A DNA stretch of 63,054 bases, filler included, from Octopus bimaculoides (taxonomy: Eukaryota): NCBI RefSeq assembly GCF_001194135.2. It is 4 parts of 4 records of this genome, joined end to end, with 100 filler letters (N's around TTAATTAATTAA, not from the genome) between each part and the next. Parts side by side here need not be neighbours in the genome. Positions count along the whole stretch, not along the records: positions 27,112 to 47,925 come from NC_068982.1; positions 48,026 to 61,312 come from NC_068987.1; 2 more parts are not named here. One strand, 5' to 3'. This document shows, in pieces, positions 37,745-52,088 of the stretch (positions are counted from its first letter, which is position 1; each line of letters opens with the position of its first letter). The notes under the pieces are model-generated. The model had not been told where the DNA came from. It searched no databases and worked only from the letters and a program-made list of their open reading frames with translations. Position numbers and translations under genes: made by a program.

Positions 37745-37940
37745 GTCAAGTACTCATTATGTCGGTTTCTTTTGCTGAACCGCTAAGTTACCGGAGCATA
37801 AACAAACCAACTCCAGTTGTTAGCACAAACGCGCGCGCACGCGTATACGATGGGTTTCTACACAATTTCCGTCTACCAAATTCACTTATGTCTATAGTAG
37901 ATGAAATTCGCTCAAGGTGCCGTACAGTGGGACTGAACTT
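37745..37940 (-). mobile_element. Degenerate family-B SINE
   Basis: GCTGAACCGCTAAGTTAC..., CACAATTTCCGTCTACCAAATTCAC..., CAGTGGGACTGAAC. Confidence 0.6.
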
Positions 37941-39289
37941 GTTTAATATATTCATTCAATGTCTGTATAAGACATTCCTTTGTGCCAATTTCCTCTCTCA
38001 AACTCCTACACTTCACCTCATAAGCTAATTTTGATATTGGAGTTTAAACATAGCTCTGTCAGATATGTAATAATTGTGGCGGGACTATTAAAAACTTCCA
38101 GAAAGTTCAAGGCTGCTAAAGAGATTCTCCGCTGAAATATAATTCAGATTTGGTAAGCAATCAGTAAACCTAGACCGCAATACAATTCCAATGTTGGTTG
38201 AAACCATTCCATTTCACTTTCGCCAAGAATGCTCTGGAGGGAGGGCAGGAACATTATACTGCTAATTTTCTCTTCCTATACTATACAGTGCCTTTGTGTC
38301 TAGACAAAAAGAAATCAATATTCTAAAAATATTTTCAAGAAAATAATTTCCTGAAAACATTTTTTTTTCTTTCACTAATCTAGAACTGAACGAAGACTAC
38401 GATGTTTATATTTTAAAACTGGGTAAATGCAGACACAAAAGACACACATGACTGTTCCTTCTGTAAACATTTATGTTAGTTAAAATCATGAACCTGCATT
38501 TCTAGAATAATCAGTAAAAAGAATGTTTCTTAAAACATATTTGCCGATGATATTTTAGGGATACATCTTAATTTCTGCGCAGGAATTTTTTTTTATTCTT
38601 TTCTTAGTTTAGAAAATTGGTCCTAGGAATGCTTCAAGAAGTTTATTCTAAGCATACTTTTTATCAATACTCTTGTTAAGTTGTCTAACAATGGAAATAT
38701 TTTCTTGAAACATTTCTAAAATATCTACTAGAAATATCATCTCATCGTATTTTCTCGTAGTTGTCGTTTAGCCCCAGGTCAGCCTTGAGTGAACAGACCC
38801 ACTCAAATGCATTCTAGTCGTGACAATCTTGTCTTATTTGCATGGTATCTTGAATTTCATTATCTTATGTCTCCTTCCTTCTTTTAAGACGAAAAATGTG
38901 ACTGTTATTCCTAGCAGGCTGACACATAGAAACTCCCTTGATAGCCCATATTCTGTAGAATTTTCAGGAGGCATTTCTGCAAACACTTCTGGAAGATATT
39001 TGTAGAACTTTTAACAACGAAATATTCCTGAAATATCTAATTTTTCCTGAAAAATCTAATTTGGCATTAGTTTCTGAAAATAATTTTCTTAGAAACGGTC
39101 AGCTTCTTAAACAGATAAAATTCTCGGGACTTAATTCTCGATTGAAGCCGTTTCATTTACACCACTAATGTAACTAATATTATTTGGAAAGAACATAGCT
39201 ATCACATTTTCCTATTTTGACCATCACTGAAATATACGATAAATTTGCTGGATCAGAGCTGACTTTTGTCTTTTATGCTCAAAATTTAT

Positions 39290-39491
39290 CTTTTATCTTT
39301 CACTTGCTTCAGTCATTGGACTACAGCTATGCTGGAACACTGCCTTGAAGGTTAAGTCGACTAAATCGACACCATTACTTATCTTGTAGGCCCGGTACGT
39401 ATTCTAGCGAACTGCTTGGTCACGAGGACGTAAACAAATCAATGTGAGGCGGGGAAAAACACAAAGGCACAGAGAAACACGCACACTCACA

Positions 39492-39522
<31 letters not shown>

Positions 39523-39692
39523 ACACGACGGGTTTCTTTCAGTTTCCGTCTACCAGATCTACTCACGAGGCTTTGATAGGCCCGGGACGGTTATAGCTAT
39601 AGTAGAAAAAACTTACCCAAGATACCGTGCAATGGAACTGAACCCAAGACCATATGGTTGAGAAGTAAGCTTCTCAACAACACAACTACACT
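39290..39692 (-). mobile_element. Family-B SINE, both modules with internal (GT)n
   Basis: Reverse complement of the 28219-28605 architecture. Confidence 0.75.
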
Positions 39693-40209
39693 TCCGATCA
39701 ATAGAACGGAATTAAGTTTAACATTAGTTTGTGCAGACATTTTCAAATAGTTTTTTGACAATACGATTTCTTACAGCTTAGAAAAGACTACTTTAATTTC
39801 TTTCTTTCCGTAAGCATGAGTTTTAATTTAAACTCAGTACCTGATTTCAAAGGAATGGAAATCAAATACTACTTAAGTAACAATTGAACTCTGAACAGTA
39901 AATCACTGAACTAAAATTATTTAAACAATTGCAGCATCTGAAGTTTTGTCCGTGAACAAGTTGCAGTTTCAAAGTGACGAAAATATTTTGATACAAATTA
40001 AATTTAAATGTTGAAGTGAAACTAACGGTATTTGTGTGTTCTTAAATGGCTTGCAAACATCTTCCACGCTGCAATTGTTTTTTGATTTAGTACGCGATCT
40101 CAGATCATGTCACTTGCTACGCAAGTACATCTCCCTAAAATTATTTAGCAATGGGTTTAAATATTTTGCGATACCTAGACTTCGTTACCTCATTTAAAAA
40201 AATTTTTCT

Positions 40210-40565
40210 TGCTTTAGACTGCGGCCATGCAGGGGCCCCATCTTCAAGAATTTTAGTCGAATGAATCTACCCAGTACTTATTATATTTTTGTAAAGCTTG
40301 GTACTTATTCTATCGGTCTCTTTGGCCGAACCGTTGGTTTACGGGGAAGTAAATACACCAATACTGGTTGTCAAGCGGTGGTGGGGGAAAACACACACAT
40401 ACACACACACACATGACGGTCTTGTTGCAGTTTCCGTCTACCAAATCCACTTTGGTCAGCCCAAGGCTATAGTAGAAGATACTTGCCGAAGGTGTAACAC
40501 AATGGGACTGAACCTGGAGCCATGTGGTCGGGAAACAGGCTTCTTACCACACAGACACACGCTGT
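40210..40565 (-). mobile_element. Family-B SINE, both modules with internal (AC)n
   Basis: GACTGCGGCCATGC...GGTTGTCAAGCGGTG...GGGACTGAACCTGGAGCCATGTGG. Confidence 0.75.
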
Positions 40566-40999
40566 TATTGAATTCGACTTGTATCCTCTTAGAATTGATA
40601 AAATAAATTCTTGTAATATATTTTGATTGGTTCAGTTGACTCTATTCTTCTTTGTGTAAAAGAGACTTTGAGCTCCGCAAAGAAAAATACTTACTGACAG
40701 TGTTACTGTTGATGGCAAAGATGATGACCTGCCATTTGTATTGTGAATATAATTCAGGCGGCTGTGATATGCGCTGAGGATATGTTAATGATGGAGTCAT
40801 CCTAATGGAACAAAGAATTGGAAAAAAAGATCGAAGATTTAAAATCAAATTCATCAAAATCCGATATATCCATTTTATATCTCTCTCTCCCTCTCTCTCC
40901 CTTCTCTCTACCCCTCTCTCACCCTTCTCCCTCCCCCTCTATCTCCACACACACGCGCATATATATATATATACATGTATACACATACATATGTACGTA

Positions 41000-41065
<66 letters not shown>

Positions 41066-41299
41066 CTCATACATACATACATGCATACAAACAAAAATAC
41101 CCTGTTGTTGATGTTGAAATTCCAATGAAGGTGCCTTGGATCCAGGTTAGACAGCGGCTCTTTCTCTATTGACAAGAAATCTTGAAATAAAATTGAACAA
41201 TGACATACATACATACATAATATTGTCTTTAATCATCATCATTTATCAGCAACATCAACAACGATAAATGCTACTGAGCTGCAAAGTGAGAGAAGGTAC

Positions 41300-41460
41300 A
41301 CTCGTGTGTGTGTGTATGTATGTATGTACGTACGTACGTATGTATGTATGTATGTATGTATGTATGTACGTACGTACGTACGTACGTATGTATGTATGTA
41401 TGTATGTATGTACGTATGCATGTACGTATGTATTGTACTGAATGTATTGTATGTATTGTA
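41300..41460. repeat. (TATG)n/(TACG)n compound microsatellite
   Basis: Direct reading. Similar tracts at 27112-27445, 33110-33300, 48147-48435 and 62899-63054. Confidence 0.9.
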
Positions 41461-41905
41461 CATATGTTGAATGAACTTTTCTTTGAAGTCATTGGTTGTT
41501 AGTAGATCTCGAGTAATTCCATGTGATATCATCAGATTTACCGAGAGTCATCTATAAGCCACAATATCAGATCAATCATGAATGCTAGGAAATGACTCTT
41601 ACTGCATGTTGACTCCTATTGGGTCAGAAAAGAAGGTACTCGTTATTCGGTATCCTCATGGGATATTGCGACTGAGTTGAGATCTCGTGCGATTATTAAT
41701 CCTGGACATCTTCAAGAGTTGCCCGTCTCTTCTACTGCTCGAATTTTTACAGAGACGAAGGCCAGGCAATTTCAAGAAATATTAATACTTACGCTATGAA
41801 TGCATTTAGGAAGAACTTAGAGTTTCAAGCACTTAGTCTTAAATATCACTATCACCGCCAACCTAACTATTTTCGGTCTACGGGATTGTAACTGTTAATG
41901 GTCGT

Positions 41906-41966
<61 letters not shown>

Positions 41967-42498
41967 AAGAAAGAGCAGCAGCAGCAGCAGCAATAATTGT
42001 AGTGATACTGAAGGATGGTTGTGATGCCAGTGGTGATGGCGGTGGTGGTGGTGGTGGTGGTGCTTTAGAAGATGGTTTTGTGTTTTATCTTGAAAGTTCG
42101 CAACTGACGGTCACTCCACATAGAAAAAAGAGCAAAGAAAGAAGAATATAAAAAGAAGAAAAGATAGAAAAAGACAAAGGAAATAAGAAAAAAAAAGCAA
42201 AAAGAAAGACAATATTACAGAAATTTTGAAAACGCACAGCCGTCGTTACAGGAACCCCCACATTACCCACAACGTCACATGCCAAACTGCTGTGGCCGTC
42301 ACAGCAGAGTTCCTCAGTTACCACCATCACAATCTCAACTTCCACCATCACTATCACCAACATCACTACCACCACCGTCACTACCACCACCATCACTGTT
42401 ACAACCACCGTCATTACCACAACTACCAACAGCAACGCCGTCACGATCACAAATATAACCACCAGCATCATCATCATAGTCATAGCTACTACGATTGA

Positions 42499-42530
<32 letters not shown>

Positions 42531-42600
42531 CGAGCACATTTGTAAGCACCATAACAATCATAACCACCACCGCCGCCGCCGCTATCACCACCACCATTAG
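41906..42600. repeat. (AGT)n-(AGC)n-(GGT)n and ACC/ATC-rich trinucleotide tracts
   Basis: Pure (AGT)n at ~41906-41966 and a degenerate (ACC/ATC)n at 42300-42600. Confidence 0.85.
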
Positions 42601-45600
42601 TACTTCCGTTCCCCGACGAGCTGTGCTGTTATTATAAATAAATGTCTGTGTCAGCTTGTCTCATAGACATTTATACCGCTAGTAAATGTAGCCCTCGTTA
42701 AATTGTTATAGCATTCGATGTGGGTGTGTTTGCACTGATTTTCCATGGCCACACATGTCCGTTTGGTGATGACAGCATATTACCCCGGAATTGCATTCAA
42801 TATTTACAGGATTTTCTTTTTTTTTTTTCCCCAGTAGTCAATGTCTTTTACCCTTTATCCACAAATTATAAACAGCGGACGACAAAAACCTTCTTTATAA
42901 TGAATTCGTACGGAATATTTCATGCATTAACACACTGTTTATTCAAATTTGATTCCCTCTCCACTTTAGCTCCCAGCCGCCACCTCACAAACTCTTCCGC
43001 TTCTCTTTTTTTTTTTTTCATCTCTGCTCCTTTCCTTTGTGTTTTTATTTATTGTTATTTTTATGTGCATGGGGTGTATCGTTCAAAGGAATATTCAGAG
43101 TGTGAGTATTCTTCAGTGTGAGTATATAAGAGAGCGAGAGAGATGAGAGAGTCGGGGAAAGCAGGAGAGAGAGATTGACTTACTAGGACGGGGCACAGGC
43201 AGAAAAGTTAAAGAAGCATCCGTACGAATTCCCTGCAACAAAAAATGAGGGTGAATGTTTGCTTTCGTACATTCGTACAATAGTTTCTAAATACGATAAA
43301 AGTGCAGGATTTAGAAGCAAAAGGGGAAGAAAATTATTGTACATGATCAATATGGGTGACAGGAAGAAGAATATTTATTGATATATTTGAAAATGAGACT
43401 TTATGTGGGATACTACCAGGCTGTCACTAATATTATTAATTAAACCAGCAGGGAGCTTTCTCAATGTGGTCACTCAAAATGGTAGCCAGATTTCCCTCGT
43501 ATCTCATCGTACTGTCTTTAAAAGAAAGGAAGACATGTTGGACAATTTAATTCATCTTTAAAAAAAAGCAGGATGTACAAGATGGAATGAATTTGATCGT
43601 AAGTTTGCTTGATCAAAGCTGACCTGGAGCGAAACAATAACAAGTAAACATTAAATCGATATCATAACGGTGTTATAGCTTCACACACCAACAAAAGAGC
43701 CTCAACATGATCTCTGAGCGGGCTTGAAATAGCAGCCATGTCTCTCTCAAACGATTCCACGCATCTTTTAGAGAAGGTTACATTGGATAATGTGATCCTA
43801 GATACATTATACCTTGAAAAATAAGATGGAGCGGTCATAACCGGAATACTTTCGTCACAGGTTTGTTTCAAACAAAAACAACAATTGTTTGCACACGTCT
43901 TTGTCACACCAACGATTGGGTTACAAATAGCTTAAAATATTTATAAACTATTTGCAAATAGTTATGCTGGTGGGGTGCTTCCGTAAATCTATTGAGTCGT
44001 TGACGTTTCACTGTTTACTGACTGAAGACAAAATACATTTGAATGGTTTCCCGTTGTTTTCTTGAAGCAGTTTTCAGTAAAACGTAAACTCGACACTTAA
44101 AGCTAAAGAAATAATTGTCAGTGTCAACATGCAACTTCTAGCTAATGTGGGAAAGAGATTATACCGCTCTCTAATACTTACATGTCAAGCCACCTATTTG
44201 GTTGTTTGGCCTGCAAGAAATAATAACAAAATCTCCTTCAAACCACACACTCAGAGGAGTCATTGGAAAAGTGTAACGTCGTCCGGGGACAGTTATTTTG
44301 AAAACTATAAGACTGTTAGTCTTTTAAAAGGAGCCGTGATATGGTGGATAACGCCGTAGTGATGAAAATAAACACCTCTATACATTAGTATTGTGCTATA
44401 GTAAATAGTGAGAATAGCTGAGATAGGAGGTAGCAATCGCAGTAGTAGAAATGGATGATGAAGGGATGTAAGGGATGATGAAGGGATGTAAAAGTTTTAA
44501 TAGTATGAACTGAAGTTAGAAAAGGTGAGTTATTAGTTTTAATTGTAAAGAAGGGTGTGTAGTAAGAGTGGTAGAAAGTGAGAGGGGGAGGTTAATTTTA
44601 TATGATGTAGCGTGACTAATCAACAATGAGTATTATTAATATAAGATCATAAATATTAGCAAATAAAACAAGAACTGAGATCTAACTCGAGAAAGATAAT
44701 GTACCGACAGCAGAAAGCATTCGAACGATAGCGCGAGTGTTCCAGTACTATTGTAATCAATTCATGCTGCTGTTGCTGCTACTGCAGCAGTTTTTCAGTT
44801 TTAATTGTCAATTGACTGTGATTAAAAGTAAAATAAATCGCAACATGATTCGAAATCAGGTCTTGTAAAAGCTTCTACATGCATATATATAAACATATAC
44901 ACTCATATACGCACACATTCACAGTCAGAAACACCTACACATTCACCGACAAACAAACACAAATATACAAACGTAGTAATATTTAATCTGCAAATGGATA
45001 GAATGAGAAAGTGTGTACTCAATTCTTCCACAGAGGATACAGCAACAACACTGGGTAACCAACAAATATTTACATGAGTTATTACAAATCTACAACGCAT
45101 TTGTGAGATAATTTGGGGTGTCACCTCCTACAATAACCTGTGCCATAGGATTACAGCTGGAACTGAAATTTTTTAACACCACTGATGTAACAAAATTACA
45201 AACACTTAAACATGTCCTACTTACAAATTCATACATATGGTAAGGCTCTATTTTAACAAGTAATATCTATTATTAATTACAACATTCATTGCTTCTTGAA
45301 TTATAATCTCTTGTTTTTCCAAAGTGGTACTCTGCATTCTCACAATCGATAAATGCAATTAATAGTATTGCTCGATAGTTATTATAGTAGGGATCCTCAA
45401 CAGGTGGGTCTTTAAAGTGTTCTGTGGGTTATAGATCCTCTTTGAAAAAAAATTCAAATCTAAAGCATTTGAGAGCCATTGAGTGATTAACGTCTTTTAG
45501 ATAGTCTTTTGTGTCAGGATTTGATTAATTTATGCCTTCCTAAGCATTGCCAGCGATAGGAATAGAGGAGATACGCGGAGATATTTTTATATGTAAGATT

Positions 45601-47925
45601 TTATGTATTATATCTGTAGAGTATACATGTGTAAAAACATCAAATGTCGGCCATTACAAAATATAGTTTGGTCCCAGTATTATATCATGCTGAATGAGAA
45701 TAAGCTATTCTGAGAATCTCTAATTGTTTACACCTATTGGTGTATTTAGGTGTCACGCTAAAGTCTTCTCTCATAATCTTTCGATCATTTCGCGAACCAA
45801 TCACATCAATTGCTAATATCTAAGGCATACCGACTTTCGAAACCTAGTAGAACGAAAGAAATAATGAGTAAAGTACCCTTTTATTATTAATATATATATA
45901 TATACATATATATATATGAGTAGCTACTGCAGTATCGTTACTCAGTTGCCCATTTCGCTTTTAAATGAGTAGTCGTAGTGAGTTACAAAAAGTATTAATA
46001 CATCCAAGGAAGAAGAAATCAAGAAAAAGAATACTTCTGAAATATTTCTATATTTCTGTAGGTTTGATAGGGCTAATAAAACGAAAAAGTGGCTCACTTT
46101 ACAGTCAGTTTGTTTTTTCAACTTATCCTTCTACTTTTCCCTCTCGTATTTGGTTTCTCTCTCTTCCTCTTACCTCTCCTTCTTCAACGGTTCCAAGACA
46201 AAGCTATCTCCGTGTTAAGTTGATTCAATATGAAAGATAATGTCAATAGAAGTTAGATGTGCTAAGTTAACCAGAAAACCGTAAGTGGTTTAAAGTTAAA
46301 TACGCTAAATGTCAATGTTAAAGTTAAGTCAATGTCAAAAGGAGTCAAGTGCAAAGACGTGACACTTAAATACCTCCCAGCAAACGCGAACGAAAATGTG
46401 ACAGAAGCCATTGTCTGAAGGTGGCAATAAGAGACACAGCATTTGAAGGGAGTCTTTTCACGCCATGAAAATAGCGAACACGCAGTGGTTTTTGCTTTGA
46501 GAGCAGCATTTCTCTACTACGAGAAATAATGACGACAATACCAAGTAGGATAGAATGACGAGATTAAATCTAGGGATCTTTCGTGCCAAGTTGCAACAAA
46601 ACGTAAAAACTTAACCGATAATATAGCTTTCTTTTTCTTCTCCTGTTATTGACTCTGTGACATGGGTGAGATGCAGTATTCTGCCACTAGACAGAGACGA
46701 ACAATTCAGTGACATGGTGTATTGAAACAACTGGAAATTGGTGAGTAGTTTCAAGATTTTACTGTGGAGAGATGATGGTCTTCTAACGTGAGGCAGAATA
46801 AAAAGTAGACTTGAAAGAAAAAGAATAAATTATAGCGAAAAAGTAAAAAAAAAAAAAAAAAAAANNNNNNNNNNNNNNNNNNNNNNNNNNNNNNNNNNNN
46901 NNNNNNNNNNNNNNNNNNNNNNNNNNNNNNNNNNNNNNNNNNNNNNNNNNNNNNNNNNNNNNNNNNNNNNNNNNNNNNNNNNNNNNNNNNNNNNNNNNNN
47001 NNNNNNNNNNNNNNNNNNNNNNNNNNNNNNNNNNNNNNNNNNNNNNNNNNNNNNNNNNNNNNNNNNNNNNNNNNNNNNNNNNNNNNNNNNNNNNNNNNNN
47101 NNNNNNNNNNNNNNNNNNNNNNNNNNNNNNNNNNNNNNNNNNNNNNNNNNNNNNNNNNNNNNNNNNNNNNNNNNNNNNNNNNNNNNNNNNNNNNNNNNNN
47201 NNNNNNNNNNNNNNNNNNNNNNNNNNNNNNNNNNNNNNNNNNNNNNNNNNNNNNNNNNNNNNNNNNNNNNNNNNNNNNNNNNNNNNNNNNNNNNNNNNNN
47301 NNNNNNNNNNNNNNNNNNNNNNNNNNNNNNNNNNNNNNNNNNNNNNNNNNNNNNNNNNNNNNNNNNNNNNNNNNNNNNNNNNNNNNNNNNNNNNNNNNNN
47401 NNNNNNNNNNNNNNNNNNNNNNNGTGTGTGTGTGTGTGTGTGCAAATGCGCGTGTCTGTAATTCTATTTCCTATGTATCTTTCTAAATAAACATACACAA
47501 ACACATATACACTCACTCAAATATATAAACATATTTTACACAACACACACATGCACACACACACACACACACACAAACACACACACGCACACACACACAC
47601 ACACACAAACAAACATTCACAGTCCTCTCTTTTACATTTACTCATGCAGAGTTGAAGCACTGTTTGGTCTTTGTTTCACTGTTGATATTTCACTATCCCA
47701 CTTCCATCGGTGGATCAGCCCTTCCTTTCTCATTCATATGTTGTGACGGAGAAATACACAAGAGTATTATTATAGTAGATTAATATAGTAGAAGATACAC
47801 GGCGCTCTCTTTGCCACTTCCCCTCTCTCATTGCTATTACTGTCTCTCACTCCCTCTCAGTCATAGCTATTACTCTCACTACTTCTCCACTGAATTACTA
47901 TTTTCTCTCCTCTCCCTTCACCATT

Positions 47926-48025
47926 NNNNNNNNNNNNNNNNNNNNNNNNNNNNNNNNNNNNNNNNNNNNTTAATTAATTAANNNNNNNNNNNNNNNNNNN
48001 NNNNNNNNNNNNNNNNNNNNNNNNN
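47926..48025. other. Artificial 100-bp assembly spacer
   Basis: 44 N + TTAATTAATTAA (47970-47981) + 44 N. Confidence 0.95.
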
Positions 48026-48145
48026 AACGTTTTGAGCCTACGCTCTTCCACAGAAAGGAACACGTTCTTCCACAGAAAGAAACAAGGAGAGAAAATAAAG
48101 AGAGCACATAAAGAATGTGTAGTGGCTAGCGATCTATCATGGCGA

Positions 48146-48176
<31 letters not shown>

Positions 48177-49593
48177 TGTATGTATGTATGTATGTGTGTA
48201 TGTATATATATATATATATGTATGCATATATGTAAGCGTGTTATGTATGTATGCATGTTATGTATGCATGATGTAAGTATATACGCGTGTCGCTGTGTGT
48301 ATGTATTTTTATGTATACACACATGCATACATACATCTATATATGCATCTATGTATGAATTCATTCATGTATATATGTATGAATGTATACTAGCATATAA
48401 GTATGTATGAACGTATGTATACTTGCTTGTATGTATGTAAGTATATATCCATTTATGGAGGAATTTGCAAGTCACAATGCTGCATCTGGATGGCCACAAT
48501 TTTTTACCGAAGCACATTGAGACATCTTTTGAAGTTCATTGACTATATGAATCTTTTAAGAAACCAAGTACGCAAATAAAAAAGCCTGAAAAGGCAAAAT
48601 TTCGCACCTAGTTACTGATATAAATGTTTTATTCAGAAGAAATATTTTCACCGAACAAATATTTCAGTTGCTTTGTCTTTTCGTGATCTATTTGCTTTAA
48701 GTATGATACACATGGAAAAATATTGATTTTCAAATGAAATCTACTAATGAAAATGTTCATTTTCGACACAGTTTCAGTAGAAAGGATAGTCAATTACCAC
48801 GAGACATTTACTTAAAGAATCAGTACTTATGGTGCATGGAAATTCTTTTGCATTGAGAAGTATGTATTTGTATGAACCAAAATTGATTTTTTGTATATTA
48901 AAATATCTTAAATATAATAAATATTTTAATTGTCGATAAATGCAGATTTTTATACTTTTGCGTATTTTTTATGAAGCGCAGTTTGAAACCTTATGTTTTG
49001 TGCCGAAGATACAACAATCCTCAGACGAAGCAAATTTCCTCGACCCAGAAAAGATTGCTAGTTTCTTTTTAATATATCACTTCCTCGCAAATGATCAATA
49101 CATACATTAAATAAGCACACGCACACAAGCACGATAACAACTGTGGCGCACAGAGATGAGAAAAGAGTATACAGAAAAAGCAAAAAAAAACAACCCCCCA
49201 GAAAACACGCACAATGGAAGAGGAAATGTTTAATACCTCATCAGTTATCAATCAAATAATATGGCGACTTTGAGTTTGTCAATGAATTATTTAGATACGT
49301 CATCTTACATGTATTTCATTAATAATAAAAAATATCCGTTACATAGGTGAAAAAAAACAAACAAACAAACTTATAAATAAGTTACATTATAAAATATTCA
49401 GAGATCATGCAACTCTAATTAGTAACATTTAAGATTTATACTAGATTCCTGACAGTGTTACAATGTCAATGACCACAGCACTTAACAAATGAAAAAATTC
49501 GTAGGAAATATAAGAAAATTATTCCTTAATACAGTAGATAAAGAATTACTTCTGTTACCATATTATTTCTCAAGCAGTATTTCAATTGCACTT

Positions 49594-50008
49594 AAGTGGC
49601 TACCTGGCAGAAACGTTAGCACGACTGGCGAAATTCTTAGCGGTATTCCGTCTGTCTTTACGTTCTGAGTTCAAATTCTGCCGAGGTGACTTTGCCTTTC
49701 ATCCTTTCGGGGTCGATAAATTAAGTACCAGTTACGCACTGGGGTCGATGTAATCGACTTAATCCCTTTGTCTGTCCTTCTTTGTCCCCTCTATATTTAG
49801 CCCCTTGTGGGCAATAAAGAAATAAGAAACGTTAGCACGCCGGACGGAATGCTTAACGGTATTTCATCTGTCTTTACGTTCTGAGTTCAAATTCCGCCAA
49901 GGTCGACTTTGCCTTTCATCCTTTCGAGGCCTATAAATTAAGTACCAGCTGCGAAAGGCCCTACTATCCCAAAATTTCTGATCTTATGCCTAGAGTAGAA
50001 AAGATTAT
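49594..50008 (+). mobile_element. Family-A SINE dimer: an A2 copy fused to a second copy that starts inside the head
   Basis: First copy ends GGCAATAAAGAAATAA and runs straight into GAAACGTTAGCACGCC (49826). Second copy ends with the standard TAGAAAAGATTAT tail. Confidence 0.85.
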
Positions 50009-50135
50009 GTAACACACTCATCGGTAAAGTTTCCATTCATTTACTTATTTTTTTTCCTAAAAATTGTCGTTGCGTCTTGCAAACTTTTCAATAGCCGTTG
50101 AAAATGAGTAGAAACTTTACCAGTGTGTGTGTTAA
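50009..50135. mobile_element. Short hairpin MITE-like element
   Basis: AACACACTCATCGGTAAAGTTTCCATTCATTT (from 50011) pairs with AAATGAGTAGAAACTTTACCAGTGTGTGTGTT (to 50133) with a few mismatches. Confidence 0.6.
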
Positions 50136-50514
50136 ATAATAAGACACTAAAATAGAATGACTCTTCTCAGATACAGCAACATATACTTCAACACACGAAC
50201 TCACATAAAGAATCTTGGAAACCAAATCCAAATCCAAAGTACATTCAAATATATACACATATATAGTTTACTCGTCTCCGCTGTGTTGATCTATGATCAC
50301 TTATGCCTTCTTCAACGACGTATGAAGAGAATCAAAAGTGCATGTTGTGCCGTGTTATATACTCCATGCATTTCTAAAACCAAGTAATTTCACTTGTTTT
50401 GAGACATTTCCTTAATTTCCTTTGGATGAATTATTTTCAGAGTAAGTATCAAGCATTTTTTCATATAATCCCTATCTTTTTCTCTCCCGCCTCTCTTTCT
50501 CCGTCTCTTTCAAC

Positions 50515-50526
50515 CTATCTATCTGT

Positions 50527-50573
<47 letters not shown>

Positions 50574-50749
50574 GTTCGTCTGTGTGTCTGTGTGTGTGTC
50601 TGTCTGTCTATCAATCTACCTGTCTGACTGACTGTCCGTCTGTGTGTCTGTCTGTCTGTCTATCTATCAAACTATCCACCTCTCTATCTATCTGTCTATC
50701 TATCTGTCTGCCTGACTGTCCGTCGGTCGGTAGGTCGGTCCGTCCATCC

Positions 50750-50817
<68 letters not shown>

Positions 50818-50827
50818 GTCTATCTAT
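50515..50827. repeat. (TCTA)n/(TCTG)n compound tetranucleotide repeat
   Basis: Direct reading. It explains ORFs 50399-50947 and 50696-50956. Confidence 0.9.
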
Positions 50828-51742
50828 TTTATTCCAACCCAAACACATAATTTTCGCAACGTGTGTGTGCACCTCAGTAAACATATCGGCATCTGTATGC
50901 GCGCGCGAATGTGCATATGTGTGTGTGTGTGTGTTTGTGTGTGTTAGTATGTGCACAGGCGCGTGTGTATCACCCTCTCTGTGTGTGTGTATACGTGCGT
51001 GTATGCGCCAGCATGCGTGTGTGCGTGTGCAAGATGAAATTTACTTATAATTTCATGTCAATTTGACTCATCCCTTCGGCAGGTTCGATTCACTGTTAAA
51101 GTAACTAATCAGGATTGAAATAAGTGGATAAGTACGTGAGAAAGAGACAAGAATGAAAAGAAAATTCTATAATAGAGGAAAAAATATTTCAGTAATAACT
51201 GCAATTCTTACGAATAATATGTCATTATAAAGTTGCTTCAAGAAGAACTGTAAACTTAACTATCCAATATTTTTCAGTGATTCTAGGTTGGGTAATATGT
51301 TAAAACGTTAAAATAGAATGTGAAATTTCATCATGGCGTACTTATTTTCCCTTTTTGTGACCTTCGACGTTAATTAGTTCAATACAATAACTGTAGCTAT
51401 GATAGCCATTTTGTCAAATTGTTATGTTTACCAGGAAAAGGAATGTGGCCTGTAGGAGTGAGTAGCGGATAATTAAGTCTTTATTGGGAGCCGAATCAAG
51501 ACGGGTTTAACTGGATAGTGGGCAAAAGGGACGTCGGTTCATATTCGGTTATGGAGTTTTTTTTATTTCGACCGACCAGAAAGGATCATAACCACGTGGT
51601 TTCGGATTCGGTCCTACTGCACGACACGACACCTTGGACGAGTATCTGTTGCTACAAACTCGGGCCCATTTATGACTTGTCAGTGAATTGAATTTGGTAG
51701 AGGAAGCATATCGTCTATCTATTTGTCTCCCCCCTCTCTCTC

Positions 51743-51777
<35 letters not shown>

Positions 51778-51870
51778 NNNNNNNNNNTCGTCTTTTGTTT
51801 TTTTTTTTGTAATTTCCAACTATATACATACATACATATATATATATACATATATATATTTATTTGTTGT

Positions 51871-52088
51871 TGGTACTCCGTCGTTTACGACGTCGGGGGC
51901 TCCAGTTGATCCGATCAACGGAACAGCCTACTCGTGAAATTGTGGCTGAGCACTCCACAGACACGTGTACCCTTAACGTAGTTCTCGGGGATATTCAGCA
52001 TGACACAGTGTGACAAGGCTGACCCTTTGAATTACAGGCACAACAGATACAGGAAGTAAGAGTGAGAGAAAGTTGTGGTGAAAGAGTA
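51871..52088 (-). mobile_element. Family-D SINE 3' part (head lost in gap)
   Basis: TGGTACTCCGTCGTTTACGACG...GTGGCTGAGCACTCCACAGACACGTGTAC...GTGACAAGGCT, shared with 62143-62320. Confidence 0.8.

Noticed and set aside
42085-42597. Poly-V/M and poly-H ORFs resembling membrane or His-rich proteins (also 35831-36117)
   Set aside because: Translations of ACC/ATC/GGT simple repeats with no splice or codon support.
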